A DNA stretch of 64,000 nucleotides from Sminthopsis crassicaudata (lineage: Eukaryota). How positions within the stretch are numbered: the first letter of the stretch is position 1; every line of letters starts with the position of its first letter. Positions 57,612 through 64,000 of this stretch are shown here, piece after piece. The notes under the pieces are model-generated. The model did no database searches. It saw only the letters and a program-made list of their open reading frames with translations, and had not been told where the DNA came from. Both the position numbers and the translations under genes were made by a program. The stretch is taken from NCBI RefSeq assembly GCF_048593235.1, contig NC_133618.1, positions 440,986,947 to 441,050,946 on the forward strand. Reading direction: 5' to 3'.

Positions 57612-59229
57612 CTGAAATAGACCAACAAGGGGAAGGCAGAGGTAACATAAGTGACTGAGAGGGAAAGGAGAGCTCAGATAAACCCCACCACTGACAGGCC
57701 AGTGTCTTCACTGACTTCAGCCACCCTGATGCTGGAAACCGTTAGATCAGAAAGCTGACCCCAAAGTGCTGAGGACAGAAGGAAGAACATTCAAATATGC
57801 ACAGCCACCATCAGGTCCTACTCAGCCTATCACATCTCCAATGAAAGACCATATGTTTAGGAACCAGGAATGCCTAGTTTTTACTTATTCATTTGAATGT
57901 AACATTTATTTAGTGAATTTACATATGAATTCATTTTTAAAAGAAAGGTTACAAATGGAGCTTTCAGTGCAATTTCAAATATTTTAAGAATAGGCAACAG
58001 TCTGAAGATCTAGAATGATAATATTCAATATTAATACAATTGGCACCTGCGTCATTTTTCCTTTGGTGTTTTTTTGTTTTTTGTTTTTTTTTTAAATATA
58101 CCCCTCCCTAGGGACAGGAAGGGAGAAGAGTGACAATGTCAGTGTCAATGAAAATAAGGCCATTCAAATAAAAAACTCAATTAGAGAATCAGAAGAATTT
58201 TAATTTGGGGATAAGTAACCCCTCCTGAAGTCAAGCAATGATTGTCTTTGAAGGCACATAATTTAGAGACTAAAAATAGAGTCCGTAGTTCTGAATTGTA
58301 TTGTCCTGTCAAAAAAAAAAAAAAAATTGACTTGCCAATTTTCTACTTTTAGACTCATGATCTTCTAAAGCCAAAAGTTACCCCTACTATGAAAGAAGAA
58401 CCAATCTTACAAGTACTAAAAAAGTAGTGTTTGCAAGGAAGCCTGGTTTTTAATACCAGATCTGCTACAAACTGTATGTTCTTAGATAAATAATCTTCCC
58501 CAATCTGGACCTGTTTCTTTATGATAAGAGAGATGGACAACATTTCCTATTAGCTTTAAGAGTCTTACCATTTTTGACCAGATGAATTCCAAACAAAAGT
58601 GAGGTGACAGGAGAGGGCTGGCAAATCAATCTTACTATGCAAAGTAACCAGGCCTCTTCTGAGCTGTTACTGATCAATAGCCCAAATTAATTCATCCTGT
58701 TCTTAGTTGTGAGTCACTGCTGAAGGAAGATGATGTTCACAGCTAGAGATCCCTCCATAAAATTTTGCGACTATCAGCCCATATACCCAAAGAAGACCTG
58801 ATGGGGACAGACAACTGATATTCACTCAAGTATGGTTATTGCCCTAGAAGCTTCTAGGTACTATATCAGCTAAGTGCAAAGTATATAATAGGTCACAGCT
58901 GCTCAAGTGCTAAAGTCCAGTTACTTTAAAAATTTCAAACAATACTTTCTAATTACCCTCACAACTCATTTATATCTACGGTATAGGGACCCAACTGGAA
59001 GCCCAGGCAATGACTATAGTTCACATATGCTCCCTTTCTTCATTATCACAGTTAACTCTTTGGGGGCAGGTACTATTTTATTTCTTTGTTTTCTCTTCCT
59101 TAGTATTTAACTTAGTGCTTTATACAATGTAGGCATCTAATAAATATTTGTTGAATCAATGAATTAAAGATTTCATTGAATTAACATCTTAAAAATCTGA
59201 CTTTCTGGTATGTCTTCTAATCTACTTGT

Positions 59230-61240
59230 CTTTACTCCCTATTTGCATTTCACCTTACTCCCAATATGGATTCTTCAATCCAATGAAGTTTGCCTTCATG
59301 AGTGTTCTACAAACAAGATTCTCCATCTCTCCAGGTATTTTCTCTGCTTGTCCCCTATGTCTCCTCTGCTCTGACTACTGAGAGCTTCCTGGCTAAAATC
59401 CCACCTCCAACCGGAAGCCTGCGCCAAACCTCCTTAATTTCAGGGCTTTCCCTCTTGTAATTACTTCCCATTTAAGTTGTATATATTTGTTTGAATGTTG
59501 TCTGCCCCATTAGATAGTAGGCTTCTTAAGGGCAGGGGCTGTCATTTGCTTCATTTGTTTGCCCTTGTGTCTGGCAAATAGCTATTACTTAATAAATGTT
59601 TAATGATTACATGACAGATTTGAGAAAAAAAAAAAAAAACTTTTTAAAAACATTTTGAGATATGTTAAATGGACCAAACAGGGATATTTATTTTAAAAGC
59701 TAAGAAACCTCACCTTTGGTAAAGGCAATTTAAAGACTTGAAGGCTTCAGATATACATATATATATATATACTTCAGATATAAGTGAACCAAACAGGATC
59801 CAAAGGAATCACAAAAGACTAGGACGAGACAGGACTGACTCAACAATAGTACCATCACCACTATGTGCTAGCCTCTAGGGATACACATTCAAAGAACAAA
59901 ATAATCCTAGAAAAGGAGGCATTTCTGCAAAAATAAACCCTCAGATAGAGAAGGTCATTCTTCATTAGCCACGGAACACTTCACATGCAGGAAAGAATCC
60001 TAAACCCTAAGGATCCGTTACCTAAGGCTTAATAAGTGGCAGACATATTTCATGGACTAAGGTTTGGTTAGAAGCCCCAGATTTTGCTCAGTTCACACCG
60101 TCCCAAGGCTTTGCCAATGACTTGCAGGAACAGCAAGATCACATGGTGGAAAATTCCATCTGCCGCTCCCTCAGCAGCACAGGCGTGCTCCTCTCCTGGG
60201 GACTTCGCCCGACTGCGACTTCGGCACAGATGATATTTTCAACAAACACCATTTGGGTTCTTAGGGCTATTTATCTTGTCAAAAGGCTGACAGGGATTTT
60301 CTAAACTAAGATAAAAACTAAAATTGTCACCCACCCTCACTTTTCTCTCGCCCAGGGTTTGTGAGGATGGAGGAAGTGACGATGGTCCAAACTCCCCATG
60401 GTCCAAATGCAGCAATGGGCCAAGTAGCTGAGAGGGGGCGGAACCGAGGGGATGGAGCCACTGCGTCTGGCCTGCAGAGGAGCCGGAGTCTTAGTCAGAA
60501 AGCTGGCAGCACTGTACAGTTCCGTTGAAAGAGCTGCCCTGGGGAGAGGACTAGGAATAATAACACTGCCATTCATGGAATGGTTTAAGGTTCACAAAGA
60601 GCATATATGGTACCTTGTTTGATTCTCACAATAACCCAGCCAGGTGGGTGTTCTTACTATGGTTATTACTCCCATTTTACAATTATGGAAACTGAGGTTG
60701 AGATTAAATGACTTGCCCAGAGTCACACAACTCTAAGTGACTGTGTGGGGATTTAATCCTCCTCTCAAGCCCAGGATTCTAGCCACAGAGCTACAATACA
60801 TGGGTTAAATCCAGTTGTGAAGCTTACTAGCTGCATGAGTTTGGGCATTAAACATTGATGAAAATCCTGTTCCAACACTCTGTGATGTTATGTGAACTAG
60901 AAATAATCCCAGTTTCTAACTAGGGGGAGAGAATATGAGACCATTAGTTCAACTAAGAAGGAAACAGTTTTTGAGAGGGGACTATGGTGATGGGAAGGTA
61001 GGTTTGAGGTGATTGTAAGGCATGCCAGAGGGGAAATCAAGACTATACATAATAGGTCAGAATTAGAGAAAGATTTGGAAGTCACTCAAGTCCAGATGAT
61101 ATTGGAATCAACCTGAGCACTGAGAAAACATGAAGAGAGTAGGGACTAATGTAGGAGGAAACTGAGCAACAAGAGGGAGAACTAGCCAAGTGCAAGAGGA
61201 GAAAATGGACAATATTGACAGAGAAAAGGACTAGAAAAAA
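59230..61240. mobile_element. L2 (+, about 59230-59600), MIR (-, about 60560-60760) and L2 (-, about 60900-61240) flanking a unique island at 60000-60550
   Basis: L2 end cccattagatagtaggcttcttaagggcagg; MIR core cccattttacaattatggaaactgagg...gacttgcccagagtcacac. Confidence 0.55.
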
Positions 61241-63509
61241 GAACATTATTGATTCTATGTACCACCTCGCTGTCCCTCACTATTATGATATTAACCTCTT
61301 AACTTCAGTTGCTTCATTTGTAAAATCAGATTACCTCAGAGTTATTGTGAGGATGAGATCTTTAAAACACTGTATAAATGTGAGCTAATATTAAAACACA
61401 AGAAATTGGCTAGAAAATGGCATGAAGGCCTGCAAAATAAAAGGAAAGCTCACTTTTCAGGGCCAGAGGCCTAAAAGGTTGAGAGGGCTGAGGCGAGTAA
61501 TGGGATTGCAAGCAACATGATGAGAGGATGACCAGAAATAAAAGCCTAATGATTACCCCTGCCACGTAAGAAATCCTGCACCCTCAACTAAGAGCAGCAC
61601 ATGTGGCTAACACACACACAATGCCTATGTTTTCTGAACTGTGATTCCAGTAGTGGGTTTTTAGTTTGAGAACCGACTGTAATTTTCCCTGAGAGGACCA
61701 AGCTCGTGAGGATTTCTTTTACCAGGTTCATAAATGGTTTTACCCTGTGCTACAGGCAGGACCTTAGAGGCTAACAGGATGGAGATCCTGAGAAGTCCTC
61801 TCAGAGAGCTGATCCGTGAGCTTGGACTGCTGGAACATCAAGGTCTTCATTTACATTGATCCCTAGGCCTTGGTCATTGGTCTGGCTGACTAGTATGGAG
61901 CCCAGTGGGAACAGAACTGACCAGTGAAAGGTCCTCTTTCCCCTTAGGCTAGGACCAATGACAGAACCAAGGTAATGCATTCCCTGCATAGAGCGGTCTG
62001 TGAAGCACGACAGCACTGATTTGTGACAACATAGGATCTCTGAACTGAACAATCCCACTGACATCCCTCTTAGAACAGGTGGGGAGGGGTCCTATTACCA
62101 TTCTGGACACAGGTGAAAAGATGCTGTGGATTAGAGCTCTAATTGAGTAGGCAGCTGTTTTTGGCCAATGAGAACTCTCCTTTGAAAGACAAATATGGCA
62201 TGACTCTGAAATAAAAGCTTTATTATGATACCCCTGGCTGAAGTCTGAGTGTCCTACCTTCTAGAAGCTATGAAAGGGAGCACTCTCAGGTCTAAGGCTT
62301 CTTGGGTCGAGTCCTCAGGATGGCTTACTTTATATGCAAAGGCTACTTTGGGGAAGAGTTCTGGTTGAGTGTCTCCAGTTTTTCTTATTCTATCTCTTGT
62401 TTCCTCAGAGGGGGCTCCATATAGCCTGAAAGGAATGGAATTGTTGGAAAGTACTATGCTTTTTTAATAATACAGAGGTGAAACTCTGCCTAACTATGGT
62501 GAATCTGTATTTCTTGAAAGGACATCCCTTAGTCAAATTTTGAGTTGTTGTATGTAGGTGAGAGAATCCTCACCTAACCCTTCCAGAGAGGAAGCAGCAC
62601 CTGGATTGAAGTCTAATGGGGTAAAGATTTGGTGCTCCCCTCTTAAAGACCCCCCAGGAAGGGGGAGGTCCCAGAACGGAGGTGGGCTGGGCCACTGGCA
62701 CCAAAACAGGCTGCATGAAAGAGGAAGGATGTTTCATCTTATTGTGGATGATTCTGACACACAACCAGGACTGTTCTTGCAAGTGGCGTGATCTTTGCTG
62801 TGTTACTAAAGCTCCTGGTTCTTTTCTTACTCCTCCTCATCACTACTTTACACTGGAGAAGAAGCATGAACTGTCCCTGGCACTATCATCACACAGATGA
62901 CTTGAGAAGTGAAGCCTGAGATTTCTGGTCTTTAGTCTTCTCTCTACTTGGACACTTTAATTATGCTTTTGAAGGGACCATCATATATGCTAAATTTTTT
63001 TTTGATCTTTTTATTATTGTTTATTTGAACTAAGTTCTTCTCCAAATGCTGCCTGTGTCAGGCTTTTTGAATTCCTGAGGTCAAGGTCGTTTAGTAATGG
63101 GAAGAGCAAAACCTTTATCAAAGAACCTGTCAAACAGGCTATCTTAGTTTGTCCTTGAAATGTGGGAAAATATTTCAGAAACTTGACTGATATAAGGAAC
63201 CAGGGCTTGACCATAATCTTCATATGGCTTTCCAGTTGCCTAGGTGGGAAAAAAAAAAAGGCCAGCCCTTAAAGAGTCAATAACACAGACTTCATACCCA
63301 GCAGATCCAAAAAGCCTTGTGGACCAGATTCATTTCTGCATAGCCATAAGGAGAAGTGCAATTATCTGAACCAGTATCATATGGTTCTTAAATATCCCTT
63401 CCGTGCTACTGTTAAATTTCTTTTTTGTTAGATGATTTATGAGTGCTTCATTTCATTCCAATCCTGAACCACCTACATTGGCCAGAGTTTGGCTTGACCC
63501 TTACTAACT

Positions 63510-63900
63510 TAGACAAGCTGACACTGTGTGAAGTGAGAAGAACCAGAAGAACAATATAAACAATAACTTCAATTCAAGAAACAATAACGTCTTAAGAACT
63601 CTGATTATTGCAAGAGCCAATTAAGCTCCCTAAATTTGATGATTATGATTCCCATCTTTTGGCAGAGAGATAGACAGACTTGAGGTGAATTATGGTAAAA
63701 ACTATCTTTGCATGCATTTTGAAAATAAAAAGCTATCATTAAAAATTATAATTTAATAACAATTATCATTTAACAATTTAAATAATTAATATTCAATAAT
63801 TTAAAATTTAAGCTAATATACCTAAAAAAAGAATAAGATATGTTTTTAGACACAAGCAGTTTAGTGAATAATTTCATGCTATAAAGAATTTTGGGGAGAA
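63510..63900 (+). mobile_element. L1 3' UTR fragments
   Basis: gtgaagtgagaagaaccagaagaac...; aaaactatctttgcatgcattttgaaaataaaaagctat. Confidence 0.6.
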
Positions 63901-64000
63901 GTTATAGATATAAAAAAGAATGTCAATAAAATATTTAAAAACAGAGAAGACAATTTAGAAGGTAACAAACACAAGCAGGGCAGTGTTGATATTATTGTAT

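Noticed and set aside
62556-62577. 8-bp hairpin taggtgag/ctcaccta giving donor-like sites on both strands
   Set aside because: Too short to exceed chance, with no matching acceptor.
1-64000. CRISPR arrays, rRNA, NUMT or endogenous viral ORFs (borna/filo/retroviral pol)
   Set aside because: No spaced direct-repeat arrays and no recognisable mitochondrial or viral peptides by eye. A TBLASTN/HMM search would be needed to exclude highly decayed copies.
57612-64000. NDRG3 exon 1 / CpG-island promoter
   Set aside because: No dense CpG island is present; the modest CpG patch at 60100-60540 lacks a good minus-strand donor.

Overview
This is AT-rich mammalian genomic DNA. The repeat content (MAR1- and WSINE1-like CORE SINEs, marsupial-type L1 3' UTRs, abundant L2/L3) points to an Australian marsupial, probably a dasyurid; this is inference from recalled repeat consensus sequences. 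The window holds the complete coding region of NDRG3 on the minus strand: 15 coding exons from ATG at 57568 to TAA at 11450, all with GT-AG boundaries, 1125 nt giving 374 aa. It also has a 39-nt in-frame cassette exon (12576-12614, giving 387 aa) and a roughly 1.3 kb 3' UTR. The non-coding first exon was not found and probably lies beyond 64000. Left of the NDRG3 poly(A) site are two minus-strand non-coding exon or promoter candidates that fit the 5' end of SLA2 by human synteny; no SLA2 coding exon was found. The rest is transposon-rich intron and intergenic DNA plus one 136-N assembly gap. I found no evidence of a wholly new gene system. The best leads are possible unannotated splicing control of NDRG3 (a poison-exon candidate, an 18-nt microexon candidate, a complement to the exon 3 donor, and a SINE-flanked in-frame exon circle), an antisense exon with a 53-codon ORF, and some informative retrotransposition events (an L1 3' transduction, a young L1 and a fold-back SINE junction). 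All calls were made by eye without alignments, and repeat boundaries are approximate unless a TSD is cited.
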